A stretch of DNA of 64,000 nt, taken from Myxococcota bacterium. GTDB lineage: Bacteria > Myxococcota_A > UBA796 > SXON01. The notes beneath the pieces were generated by a model. The model was not told the origin of the DNA. It worked only from the letters and a program-made list of their open reading frames with translations, and searched no databases. This document shows, piece after piece, positions 10,037-19,172 of this stretch. A program made the translations under genes and the position numbers. Each line of letters starts with the position of its first letter. The stretch's first letter is position 1. The stretch lies in the NCBI GenBank assembly GCA_040386535.1, contig JAZKFH010000013.1, positions 192,001-256,000 of the forward strand, in the 5' to 3' direction.

Positions 10037-10755
10037 GACGATACTCCGAGCCAGCGGATCCAGGCGGGGTCGGACAGCAGCGCCGCGCGGCCGGCCTCAT
10101 CGAGGAAGCGGAGGACCTCCGGGAGGTCGAGGAGCCGCGCCCGTTGCGCCGCGACGAGGCTGGTGGCCGCGTCCGCGAGGCGGCCGTCCGCGAGGGCCTG
10201 GTCTACATCCGGGATGGCGTAGGAGGCGCGCGCCGCGGCGTCCTCCAGCAGGCGCCAGGAGAGGCTCGGCACGCCGCCCCGATCGGCGCGTGGCACCGAG
10301 GTGTCGGTGAGCAGCGCCGCCCGAAGGCCCCACGCGGGCGCCGAGGGCGACGTGGCGACGGTGGCAGCAACCTCCAGACACGCGCGCTGGGTGGACCCGA
10401 GGTGCGCGAGCGCGAGCTCCCAGCGCTGGCCTGACTCTCCCATCGCGAGCGTGCCGCGGACGCTGCCCGCGGCGGCGAGGTGCGCGCGTGCGACCGCCGG
10501 GTTCCCCTGATCGCACAGGGGGTCGGCCACCAACGCGCCGGCGGCTGCCGTGGCGGGCGCGAGCGGCTCCGTGTCCTCCGTGGCGGCGCTGCCGCACCTG
10601 GCGCCCGCGAGCCCCAGGACGACCGCCGCCGCCCGCCACCACGCTGCGCGGGCGGAAGCGCGCGTCCACGACGCGTGCGCTCGACGCTCTCCGTCATCCG
10701 TTGCGCCGCCCGTCGTCACCGCCACCCCGCGGCTCGCAACTTGGCGCGTTGCCAC
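10033..10755 (-). CDS. Hypothetical exported/membrane protein (start uncertain)
   Basis: Stop overlaps GTG of next gene (GTGA); hydrophobic stretch AAAVVLGLAG then helical domain with a Cys pair. Confidence 0.5.
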   Translation of the reverse strand: MATRQVASRGVAVTTGGATDDGERRAHASWTRASARAAWWRAAAVVLGLAGARCGSAATEDTEPLAPATAAAGALVADPLCDQGNPAVARAHLAAAGSVRGTLAMGESGQRWELALAHLGSTQRACLEVAATVATSPSAPAWGLRAALLTDTSVPRADRGGVPSLSWRLLEDAAARASYAIPDVDQALADGRLADAATSLVAAQRARLLDLPEVLRFLDEAGRAALLSDPAWIRWLGVSS

Positions 10756-10798
10756 TCGCACGTCAACCCGGCGCGCTCGCCGTGTTAGCGCACGCAGC

Positions 10799-12595
10799 GT
10801 GAAGCCAGCCGCCCCGCCCACTCCTCCCGGCACCGATGCCCGCCCGCGCCCCCGCCTCCGGTTCGAGGCGCTCGCGGTCTCCGCCCTCTTCCTCGCGGCG
10901 GCGTGCTTCGTCACCTGGCCCACGGTCCTCGACCTCGATGGCGCCTTCCCGTTCAGCGTTCGTCGCTTCGACGGGTACGGCGTCGTGTGGTTCGGCGAGC
11001 ACGCGTGGCGCGTGGTGCGCGGCGAGGTGAGCGCGTTCCACGCTCCCGAGGTCGCGTGGCCGGAGGGCCTCGATCTGCGGCTCGCCGACAGCTTCTTGTT
11101 CGGGCTGCTGTACCTCCCGTTCCGCGCCGTCTTCTCGCCGGTCGCCGCGTACAACGCGTTCACGATCGCCGCGTTGGCGTCCACGGCGGTCGCGGGATGG
11201 TGGTTCGCCCGGCGGGACCTCGGCGTCGGCTCGCTCGCCGCGATCGGCGCGGGCTGGATCGTGGGGTTCTCCTCGCTCGTCCACAGCTTTCGCTTGGAGG
11301 GAGAGGCCTACCTCCTCGCGGGGGGGCTGCTCCCCCTGTTCGCGGGGGCGGTCGTACGCGTCGGGCGTGACGGGCGCGTGCGGGACGGCATCGTCGGCGG
11401 CGCGCTGCTCGCCTCCCTCGGATGGTCCACGGGCTACTTCGGGATCAATGGCGCGCTCCTGGCCGCCGTCGTCGGGCCCGTCGTCTGGGCGATCCACGCG
11501 CGGGACGCCACTGGCCCCACCAACCAACGTCGCCTCGTCGCGGTCGTCGCCGCGGCGATCACAGCGCTGGTGCTTCTGCTCCCGCTGATGGCCCTGTTGG
11601 GCGGTGGCGGTGGCGCGGACGCCATCGCCGCGCGGTTCCCCGACGGCGAGGATCCGCTCCGCAACGTCGCCCAGGACAGCGTGACGCTCTCGGGCATCCT
11701 CGTCCCGTTCCCCGCCTCGGCGCCGCTCCGGCAGGATCGCATCTTCTACCTTGGGCTCGCCGGCCTCGTGCTTGCCGGCCTCGCGCTGGTCACGCGCGCG
11801 CCCCGCCGCACCGCGCCCTGGGCCGCCTTGCTCGGCATCTCGCTGGTGTTCGCGCTCGGTCCGCTGCTCCGCATCGACGATGCCTCGAACGTCGGCATGC
11901 GCCTCCCGTACGCCTGGATCGCCGACGTGGCGCCGCAGATCCTCGCCTACCGCATGCCCGCCCGCCTCCTGTCGGTGACCGCCGTGGCGCTCGCCGCCCT
12001 CGCGGCCCTCGCGCTCGAGGGGCTGCGCCGGGACGGCCTCGGTCGCGGCTGGCGCGTCGCGTTGTTGGCCTGCCTCGCCATCGACGGCCTCTTCTTCACC
12101 GGCGCCGCACTGGATCCGACGGGCGCACCCGCGCGCGTGCCGGAGGGGTACTCGGCGCTGTCGGGGCGGGGCGCGGTGTTCGACCTGTTCGGTGCCGACC
12201 GCCTCCTGCTCCGCTACAGTGGCCGCTCCGTGTTCTACCAGGTTGCCCACGGCCAACCCGTTTTTGCCGACTTCACGCGCGGCGAGGGTCGAATGACATC
12301 TGTGAGCCGTCGCATCGCTGTCGCGCTGGTGCTCAATGACGACGCGGAGGCGAACGCGTTGTTCGAGGCGCTCGCCGCGGTCGGTGCGACTGACCTCGCC
12401 GTGCACGTCGACAGCTTCCCCACGTCCGACCGCGACACCGTTCGTGCAGGGCTCGTGCGGATCCTGGGCGACGCGGCGCCCGCGCCGGCCGACACCAGCG
12501 GCGACGTGGTGGAGGTGTTCGCCCTCCCCGCGCCGCCGGCCGGGCTCGACAAGGTCTCGGCGCTCCAGGTGCTCGACGCGACGGGAGCCCTGTGA
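10799..12595 (+). CDS. GT-C-like polytopic membrane protein (paralogue family A)
   Basis: VTWP, AWPEG, AAYN, ALGP, RMPAR, VFYQVAHGQP motifs; start uncertain. Confidence 0.75.
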   Translation: MKPAAPPTPPGTDARPRPRLRFEALAVSALFLAAACFVTWPTVLDLDGAFPFSVRRFDGYGVVWFGEHAWRVVRGEVSAFHAPEVAWPEGLDLRLADSFLFGLLYLPFRAVFSPVAAYNAFTIAALASTAVAGWWFARRDLGVGSLAAIGAGWIVGFSSLVHSFRLEGEAYLLAGGLLPLFAGAVVRVGRDGRVRDGIVGGALLASLGWSTGYFGINGALLAAVVGPVVWAIHARDATGPTNQRRLVAVVAAAITALVLLLPLMALLGGGGGADAIAARFPDGEDPLRNVAQDSVTLSGILVPFPASAPLRQDRIFYLGLAGLVLAGLALVTRAPRRTAPWAALLGISLVFALGPLLRIDDASNVGMRLPYAWIADVAPQILAYRMPARLLSVTAVALAALAALALEGLRRDGLGRGWRVALLACLAIDGLFFTGAALDPTGAPARVPEGYSALSGRGAVFDLFGADRLLLRYSGRSVFYQVAHGQPVFADFTRGEGRMTSVSRRIAVALVLNDDAEANALFEALAAVGATDLAVHVDSFPTSDRDTVRAGLVRILGDAAPAPADTSGDVVEVFALPAPPAGLDKVSALQVLDATGAL

Positions 12596-13110
12596 GCGGC
12601 GGTGGCTCCAACGGCCTCGTGGCCGTCGCGGTCGTCTTGCCGGCCGGCGTCGAGCGGGTCCGCCTCGTGGCGGGCACCACGTCCACGCCTGACGTGGTCG
12701 CCTTCTCGGACGACGGCTCGTTCGCGTTCGACCTGAACGCGGACGGCGAGTTCTGGGCGATCCTCCCGCCGAACAACGCCACCACCACGGTGCGCATCGC
12801 CGGGCGCATCGGCGACGCCCAGGTCTCCCACACCGAGATCGTCGAGGTGCCCGCCGCGTGGCGGGACCGCACCTACCCGGTCACCCTCCGCGCGACGCTG
12901 GAGGACGGCCAGTGGATCATGGAGCGGACCCTCGGCTCTCCGCTCCCCATGTGGGACGGGCCGACGGGGGCCGGGTTGGCCGGCAAGGCCGAACAGGTGG
13001 GCCTCTCCGCGCCCACGCTCTACTTCGGATGGGGCGCCTTCGTGCTCGCGCTCGCGCTCACTGCGGCGGTCCGGGGGGCGATCCTCCGGGCGCGTCGAAC
13101 CCTGACGTGA
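12592..13110 (+). CDS. Hypothetical beta-rich protein with C-terminal TM helix
   Basis: GTGA-coupled; C-terminal hydrophobic helix followed by basic residues. Confidence 0.6.
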   Translation: MSGGGSNGLVAVAVVLPAGVERVRLVAGTTSTPDVVAFSDDGSFAFDLNADGEFWAILPPNNATTTVRIAGRIGDAQVSHTEIVEVPAAWRDRTYPVTLRATLEDGQWIMERTLGSPLPMWDGPTGAGLAGKAEQVGLSAPTLYFGWGAFVLALALTAAVRGAILRARRTLT

Positions 13111-15340
13111 GCGCCGCGTCGTCGTCCATGGCGTCACGCAGGGCGTAGATGCGCACCGCGGGATTGGCGAAGCGGGGAGGCCCGAAGTTGCGCTCGATGT
13201 GTTCGCCGAGCTCGCCCCACCCGCCCCCGACCATGCCGGTCGCCAACAGGCCGCTCAAGCGCTCCTGGTCCACGATGATCCAGCGCAGCCCTTGGTCCCA
13301 CGCCTCGTCGAGCGCCTGGCGAGCGAAGGGCTGCTCCCCGGGACGCGACAGGAAGCGCAACAACGGCGCCTTGTCGAGCCCGGAGTGGACCGGCCCCGCC
13401 GCCTCGATCGCGATCCCGGCGGAGGGGCCGGTGGCGATCGCGCGCCGATGGAGGCGCTGCCACGCGAGCGGCATGTCGTTGCCGGCGAGCGGGATGACCA
13501 CGACGGCGCCGTCGTCTCCGAGGAGCGACCACCAGGAGGGCGGGTCGAACGCGAAGCGGGCGAGGGGGAGGCGACCATTGGCGGCGGGAAGCCCGAGCGC
13601 CAGCGCCACCGCGAGCGCGAGAAAACCGACGGGGGCCAGCGGGCGAACGCCCCGGTCGGCGCCCGGCGAAAGGTCGCTCAGCGCCAACGCGAGCCAGACC
13701 GCGAGACAGAGCCCGCCAGGCACGAGCATCCATGCCGGCACGCCCGATCGCGAGAAGAAGGGGACCCAGCGGTACAGCAGATCCCAGGGGCCCGAGTAGG
13801 CCACCTCGTCGACCAGGATCCAGGGGCCGAGGGCCACGGCGGCGAACGAGAGCGCGAGGAGGAGCCACCCGGGACGGCGGCCGCGTGGCAAGAGCACGCA
13901 CGCGAGCAGGGCCAGGGAGACGAGGGCGAGCTGAACGCCCCACTCCGGGAGCGGCCCGCCCCCGAAGAGCAGCTGCTCGGGGGAGAGGGAGCCCTGCGCG
14001 ATCTCCTTGATTCGTGCGTCGGTGCCAGGGTCCCCGGCGGTGTCGAGGAGGGAGAGCCCGGCCTCGACGGACGCGACCTGTCCGCCGTGGAAGGCCACCA
14101 CGAGGGGGATCGCGGCGAGCGCGGCCGGCGCGACGACGTAGGCGCCGTGGCGCAGGTTGTCCCAGAGCACGGCGCGCGCGGGCGCGTCGCGGACGGCCCG
14201 GTCCAGCCAGGCGAGGCCGAGCAAGGTCAGCGCGATGCCGCCGTACCACCACCAGATGTAGCCGGCTGCCATGGTCCAACCTGCCGCCACCAGCGCGTCG
14301 CTCCGGCGATGTCCGTCCAGCGCGCGGAGGCCGGCGCGGAGCGCGAGCGGCAGGGCGAACGCGAGGAGCTGGGCCTGGCGCCCTTCCTCCGCGGCCACGA
14401 GCAGCGGAGGCGCCACCGCGAAGCCGACGCCGGCGAGCAGCGAGGCGATGCGATGGGCGCCCGCCGTGCGCGCGAGGGCGGCGGCGGCCACGCCGTTGGT
14501 CACGAGCGCCGCCGCGACGAAGACGTTCCAGAACCCGGGATAGCCGAAGAGGTGGACGAACGGCGCGGCGAGGAGCGCGGGGGCGAGGTTGCCGAAGAGC
14601 GCAGCGAGGTCGGCGCCGAACGGCCACCACAACGCGTCGGTGCGCACGAGGGCGGCGAAGTCGCCGCGGAGGAGCGCGTCGGCTACCCAGGCATCCAGCC
14701 ACAACGCACCGGGAACCCGCGTGTCGACGCCGCCGATGACGAGGGTCTCGGCGCTGCTCGGACCCACGAACACGCCGGCCACCAGTGACACCACCGCCGC
14801 ACACATCACGACGGCGGCGACGACGCGCCACACCGCTCGCGGTACGCGGGAGAGTTCGTGGGGAGGGGCCGTCAGGCCGATGCGCGCGCGCAGGCGGTCG
14901 AGGGCGGGGTCGGCGCCGCCGGGAAGTTGCTCGAGGCGGGTGGCCAGGGCCACGTCGCGCACGATGATCTCGACGTGGGCCGCCCCGGCCGCGGCGAGAG
15001 TGTCGAGGAGCCGCACGAGGCGGGCCTCGGCCCGCTCGAGGAACGCCCAACCGCCCAGCACGTGGACGCCGTCGAGGAGGAGCAACGAGCGGGGATCCTT
15101 CCCCGAGGGGTCGCGGAGCAGGCGGGCGAGCGCCGCCACATCCGCCGGGGCCGTCTGCACCTCGGCTCCGCTGTCGGTCAGCAGCCGCTGCCACTCGACG
15201 CCGGCGGCGGCCTCGGACACGACGACCACGCGGCGCCGAGCCGCGCGGGCGCTGATCAGGAGGGGGGCGAGGCCCGCGTTCGAGGTCGCTTCCACTCGCA
15301 CGGAAGTCGCGGCGGGAGCGGGGCGGCGGGCTGTCGTCAC
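13058..15340 (-). CDS. GT-C-like polytopic membrane protein (family A) with extra N-terminal soluble alpha/beta domain
   Basis: WWPFG, FWN, ALGP, AWQRLHRR motifs; N-terminal VVVVS...LLLLDG domain; start uncertain. Confidence 0.65.
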   Translation of the reverse strand: MTTARRPAPAATSVRVEATSNAGLAPLLISARAARRRVVVVSEAAAGVEWQRLLTDSGAEVQTAPADVAALARLLRDPSGKDPRSLLLLDGVHVLGGWAFLERAEARLVRLLDTLAAAGAAHVEIIVRDVALATRLEQLPGGADPALDRLRARIGLTAPPHELSRVPRAVWRVVAAVVMCAAVVSLVAGVFVGPSSAETLVIGGVDTRVPGALWLDAWVADALLRGDFAALVRTDALWWPFGADLAALFGNLAPALLAAPFVHLFGYPGFWNVFVAAALVTNGVAAAALARTAGAHRIASLLAGVGFAVAPPLLVAAEEGRQAQLLAFALPLALRAGLRALDGHRRSDALVAAGWTMAAGYIWWWYGGIALTLLGLAWLDRAVRDAPARAVLWDNLRHGAYVVAPAALAAIPLVVAFHGGQVASVEAGLSLLDTAGDPGTDARIKEIAQGSLSPEQLLFGGGPLPEWGVQLALVSLALLACVLLPRGRRPGWLLLALSFAAVALGPWILVDEVAYSGPWDLLYRWVPFFSRSGVPAWMLVPGGLCLAVWLALALSDLSPGADRGVRPLAPVGFLALAVALALGLPAANGRLPLARFAFDPPSWWSLLGDDGAVVVIPLAGNDMPLAWQRLHRRAIATGPSAGIAIEAAGPVHSGLDKAPLLRFLSRPGEQPFARQALDEAWDQGLRWIIVDQERLSGLLATGMVGGGWGELGEHIERNFGPPRFANPAVRIYALRDAMDDDAALTSGFDAPGGSPPGPPQ

Positions 15341-15445
15341 GGCGTTGATACTCGTGGACCTGCTAACTGCCCGCGTGGTCGATAGCCCGTGGGCCGGGCC
15401 GATGGGGCGTTCGGGTGCTGTACGCCGCTGGTGGATCGGAACCTC

Positions 15446-15811
15446 GTGAGATACGCGTGGGGCGTGCTCGCTTTCCTCACGCTCGGAATCACGCTGCTCG
15501 CTTCGTGCCGGGCGCCGGATTGTGCATCGCTCGTGGCGGGGCCGGAGCGGGACGGTTGCCTCCACAAGCAGGCCTCCGCCGCGGCCCGATCGGGCAAGCT
15601 GGATCTGGCCTATGCCAGCGTCCGATCCATCGAGGCGCCCGTAGCGCGGGCAGCGGCGATCGACGCCGTGGTGGCGACCGCCCCCGAGAAGGTCGACGGC
15701 GCCAGTGTCCTCTCCCTCTGCGAGACTCTGCCGCAGCCCTTTTACGACTCCTGCTGGACCATGTGGAATCGGCCCCATCTGTGGAACGATCCCTCCAGCC
15801 GAAACAAGTAG
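15446..15811 (+). CDS. Small Cys-containing lipoprotein
   Basis: Lipobox LLASC; RDGC/YDSC helical repeats. Confidence 0.6.
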   Translation: MRYAWGVLAFLTLGITLLASCRAPDCASLVAGPERDGCLHKQASAAARSGKLDLAYASVRSIEAPVARAAAIDAVVATAPEKVDGASVLSLCETLPQPFYDSCWTMWNRPHLWNDPSSRNK

Positions 15812-15819
15812 GCGGACGG

Positions 15820-16473
15820 ATGGTACGACGGCCGATCCTGCTGGCGTTCCTCCTCCTCGCCAGCTGCAAACGTCCTCCGCTTGGTGAGGGCCTGCCGCCG
15901 GGCGTCGCCAAGAGCCTGGAGACCTGCGCTGTCAGCACGGGAGAGGTGCGCGATCACTGCGCCGTCACGGTCGCGAGCCACCTCAACCTCACCGGCGCGC
16001 AGTGGCTCGTGTTGTGTGAGCAGCTCGGCGGAGACACCGCCGTGGACATCTGCGTGGAGCGCGCTGCCTGGGCGGAGAAGGAGCCTGCGCCGTACACCGT
16101 CTGCGCGCGCATCTCCCACACGCGCACGCGCCAGTCCTGCCTCCTCGGCGCGACGAACGCGATCGTCGAGGGGCCGATCCCGCCCCTGGTCGACGTGTGC
16201 GCACGAACGGCGGAGCTCGAGGCCGATTGTTGGGTGCACGTGGTGGCGGGTCGTCGCTTCCTGTGGCTCGCCGAGGGGCAGGACCGGGCGGCGGCCGACG
16301 TGGCGGAGGCCGTGGCGCTCCGTCCGCGCCTCGCCGGGCTCGTGCCGTTCGCGAGCGAGGTGGGGCGTGTGCTCGGGACGACCCCCGAGGGAACCGGGGC
16401 GTCCGCCTGTGACTCGTTCGAGGCCACAATCCCGCGCGAGACCTGCTTCAGCAGCCGGACGCGGCGGAACTAG
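15820..16473 (+). CDS. Cys-rich helical-repeat lipoprotein
   Basis: MVRRPILLAFLLLASC lipobox; periodic C-x(8-9)-C pairs (RDHC, VDIC, RQSC, EADC, RETC). Confidence 0.7.
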   Translation: MVRRPILLAFLLLASCKRPPLGEGLPPGVAKSLETCAVSTGEVRDHCAVTVASHLNLTGAQWLVLCEQLGGDTAVDICVERAAWAEKEPAPYTVCARISHTRTRQSCLLGATNAIVEGPIPPLVDVCARTAELEADCWVHVVAGRRFLWLAEGQDRAAADVAEAVALRPRLAGLVPFASEVGRVLGTTPEGTGASACDSFEATIPRETCFSSRTRRN

Positions 16474-16491
16474 ACGGGTCAGCGGCGCCGA

Positions 16492-17250
16492 TTACGCGAG
16501 GCGCCGGCGGACTCGCCAGGTGCTGAACGCTTGCCACGCCGCGCGCGCTCCGACGATCGCCGCGATGCCGAACGGAACACACACGAGAGCGGGCCATTCG
16601 GGAAAGCGAAGCCTCGACGGGATCGCGGCGTCCCGCGTGGGCGCCTGGTAGGTGATCGCGAGCGAGAAGTACTTGGAGAGGCCGCCCGGACCGCCTGGAC
16701 GCCCGGGGGCGCCCTCGCCGCCCGCCTGCCCGCCCGGCGCGTCCCCCGGGATGCCCATGCCGACATCGGGTGCGTCCGGCAGCCCACTCCCAGCCAGGAG
16801 AGCCTGGTATCCGAGCGCGCCGAGGCCCTGCGCGCCCTGCTGGTCCGCGGGCCAGGCGAGCGCACGTGCATTCCAGGTCCACCGCAGTTTGCGCCCGGGT
16901 ACCAGTGTCACGCCGACGGTCTGGAGCACGCGCTCCGACGCGCCACCCGCGCCGTCCACCAGCACGATGCGCCCCGGGCCGGTGCCACTGACGTTGTCAC
17001 GGCACAACCAGAGGCGATCGCTCGCCACGGAGTCCGCGCCGGCGCCATCGTCGAAACAGGTGATCACGTCGCCGCCGTCCCGCGCGGCGGCATGCTCCAG
17101 CCGGACGGTCGGCGCGCCGGCTGCACGATCCGCGCGCAGGTCCACGCGAACCTCCACCGCTACAACCGGCTCGGCCCCAAACGCGGATCGCGCCCACGGG
17201 AAACCCGTGAACGCGAACGCGGTTGCTACGATGAGCGTGCGGACTACCAG
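16492..17250 (-). CDS. Hypothetical exported protein with C-terminal TM helix (possible CTG start)
   Basis: ORF 16492..17157 extends upstream without a stop into signal-peptide-like VVRTLIVATAFAFTGFPWARSAFG; DDGAGAD motif; C-terminal TM plus RVRRR. Confidence 0.55.
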   Translation of the reverse strand: MVVRTLIVATAFAFTGFPWARSAFGAEPVVAVEVRVDLRADRAAGAPTVRLEHAAARDGGDVITCFDDGAGADSVASDRLWLCRDNVSGTGPGRIVLVDGAGGASERVLQTVGVTLVPGRKLRWTWNARALAWPADQQGAQGLGALGYQALLAGSGLPDAPDVGMGIPGDAPGGQAGGEGAPGRPGGPGGLSKYFSLAITYQAPTRDAAIPSRLRFPEWPALVCVPFGIAAIVGARAAWQAFSTWRVRRRLA

Positions 17251-19037
17251 CCGCCCTCGGGTCCGCCGTAGGCGCCCATGTTGCCACGGCTGCCGTCAAC
17301 GTCGTTGTAGGCCGCGGCCGGGTTGGCCGAGTCGATGCCGGGGCTGGTGGGGCGGAGGTTCAGGTCCGACGTGGTCCAGGTCGAGCCCGTGGTCACGAAC
17401 AGGGGGTCCTGCCCGATGTTGCCGCTGGAACCGGTACCGTCCGTGAAGGAACCCCAGTCGTTGCCCGCGCCGTCGAACACGTCGCTGTAGGTGACCGTGA
17501 GGACCGCGCCGATGTCACCGTCGAGGATCGCACCGGCGGAGTTGGTCACGGCGATGGAGTTCGTGAGGTTCAGCGTCCCGCTCGAGGAGAGGGACACGCT
17601 GCCCGCGGCGCCGACGTTTGCGTACAACGTCACGTTGGTGAGGGTGCTGGTCCCGGCCGCGACCGTGAGCGCCGCGCCGCCGTAGTTGCCACCGGCGCCG
17701 GTCGAATCATTGAACGCGAACGCCGAGGCGCCCATGCCGAGCGTGCCGTACGAGGCGACACCGCCGCCGGACGACGCTGCATTCTGCGCGAACACGGTGT
17801 GCTCGGCGCTGACAACGCTGGTCGCGTCGAGGTAGAGCCCGCCGCCCTCGTCCGCGCTGTTCTCGAGGAACATCGTGTCCATGATGATGGGCGTGCCGTC
17901 CGTCACGTAGGCGCCGCCGCCCATGCTGTAGACGTACAGGTACTCGGTGCTCGAGAGCTCCGTGAACGAGTAGGGCAGGAGCATGTTGTCGCGGACGATC
18001 AGATCGGCGAGCGTGGGGCCCGCGCCATCGATCAGGATGCCGCCACCGCGGTAGGTGTCGGTGTAGACGGTGCAGGTGTCGCGGTAGCCGCAGGCCTCGG
18101 ACGAGGAGGACGAGCTCACCACGCCGGCGCCGCCGGTGACGGTGAACCCACGCAGCTCGGCGCGCGCGGTCTCCCCGCTGGCGAAGGTGACCACGGAGCC
18201 GGCGCCGCTGGCGCTGATCGTGGTGGCGGACGCGCCGTCGACGCCGACGACCAGGATGTTCTTGCCGTTGAAGTCGATGTTCTCGACGTATTCGCCCTCG
18301 TGCACGTGGACGCACACGTTGGCGAGGTCGATGCCTTCCTGGATGGAACCGAGGGGGTTGGACGCGCCACCGGGGAGGGACGCGAACGCCGTGTCGGTCC
18401 AAACGCCGGTCTCACCGGTGTCCGGGAGGGACATGCCACCCTCGGCCACGTGCACAGGCTCGAGGTAGCTGCTGTCATCGCAGTCCATCGAGTTGCTGAC
18501 GTACCCTTCGGGCGCGATGCACTCGTCGATCGAGTCGTCCGGGTCACCGTAGCCGTCGGAGTCGGTGTCGGCGTACCAGGTGCTCACGGACGTGCCTTCG
18601 TCGACATCGCCGTCACAGTCGTTGTCGATCCCGTCGCACGCTTCGGGCGCGCCCGGGCGGATGTCCGGGTTCGCGTCGTCACAATCGCCGGCGTTCTCGG
18701 CGTAGCCGTCGGGGGCGGCGCATGCCGCCACGGGGCTCGTGCCGACGCCGCCGGCGCCGTCACCATCGCCGTCCGGGTAGAAGTCTGTCATCGCGCCGTT
18801 GTCGAGCTCGCCGTCGCAGTCCTGGTCGATCCCGTCGCAAAGCTCGGTAGCCCCGTCGTGGATCGTCGCGTCGTCCTGGTTGCAGTCTTCGTCGGCGTAG
18901 AAGCCGTCACCGTCCGGGTCGCCTTCATCGACGACGGTATCTCCGGTGTCCGTGTCCACCGGTTTGTCTTTGTCGTTTGGCTCGCACGCGACGAGGATTG
19001 CAGGGAGGAGGATCGATAGGAGCAGCGAACGGCGCAT
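17244..19037 (-). CDS. Lipoprotein with acidic Cys repeats (DCDD...PGA.E.CDG.D.DCDG) and right-handed beta-helix domain
   Basis: Lipobox LVAC; three metal-binding-type repeats; SIQEGID...HEGEYVENIDF and N-A-GGG beta-helix repeats; MGAYGGP C-terminus. Confidence 0.85.
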   Translation of the reverse strand: MRRSLLLSILLPAILVACEPNDKDKPVDTDTGDTVVDEGDPDGDGFYADEDCNQDDATIHDGATELCDGIDQDCDGELDNGAMTDFYPDGDGDGAGGVGTSPVAACAAPDGYAENAGDCDDANPDIRPGAPEACDGIDNDCDGDVDEGTSVSTWYADTDSDGYGDPDDSIDECIAPEGYVSNSMDCDDSSYLEPVHVAEGGMSLPDTGETGVWTDTAFASLPGGASNPLGSIQEGIDLANVCVHVHEGEYVENIDFNGKNILVVGVDGASATTISASGAGSVVTFASGETARAELRGFTVTGGAGVVSSSSSSEACGYRDTCTVYTDTYRGGGILIDGAGPTLADLIVRDNMLLPYSFTELSSTEYLYVYSMGGGAYVTDGTPIIMDTMFLENSADEGGGLYLDATSVVSAEHTVFAQNAASSGGGVASYGTLGMGASAFAFNDSTGAGGNYGGAALTVAAGTSTLTNVTLYANVGAAGSVSLSSSGTLNLTNSIAVTNSAGAILDGDIGAVLTVTYSDVFDGAGNDWGSFTDGTGSSGNIGQDPLFVTTGSTWTTSDLNLRPTSPGIDSANPAAAYNDVDGSRGNMGAYGGPEGGW

Positions 19038-19172
19038 GCATCACCCGGGTCTGTGTGCTTGATTACCACAGCCTCCACCACCGCGTCCATCCGGCGGGCG
19101 AGGATTTTTCGAGTTCACCGTACGAACGTCCTCGCGAAGTGGTGTTAGGGTGCCGGCCTCGCGGGGCTTCCG

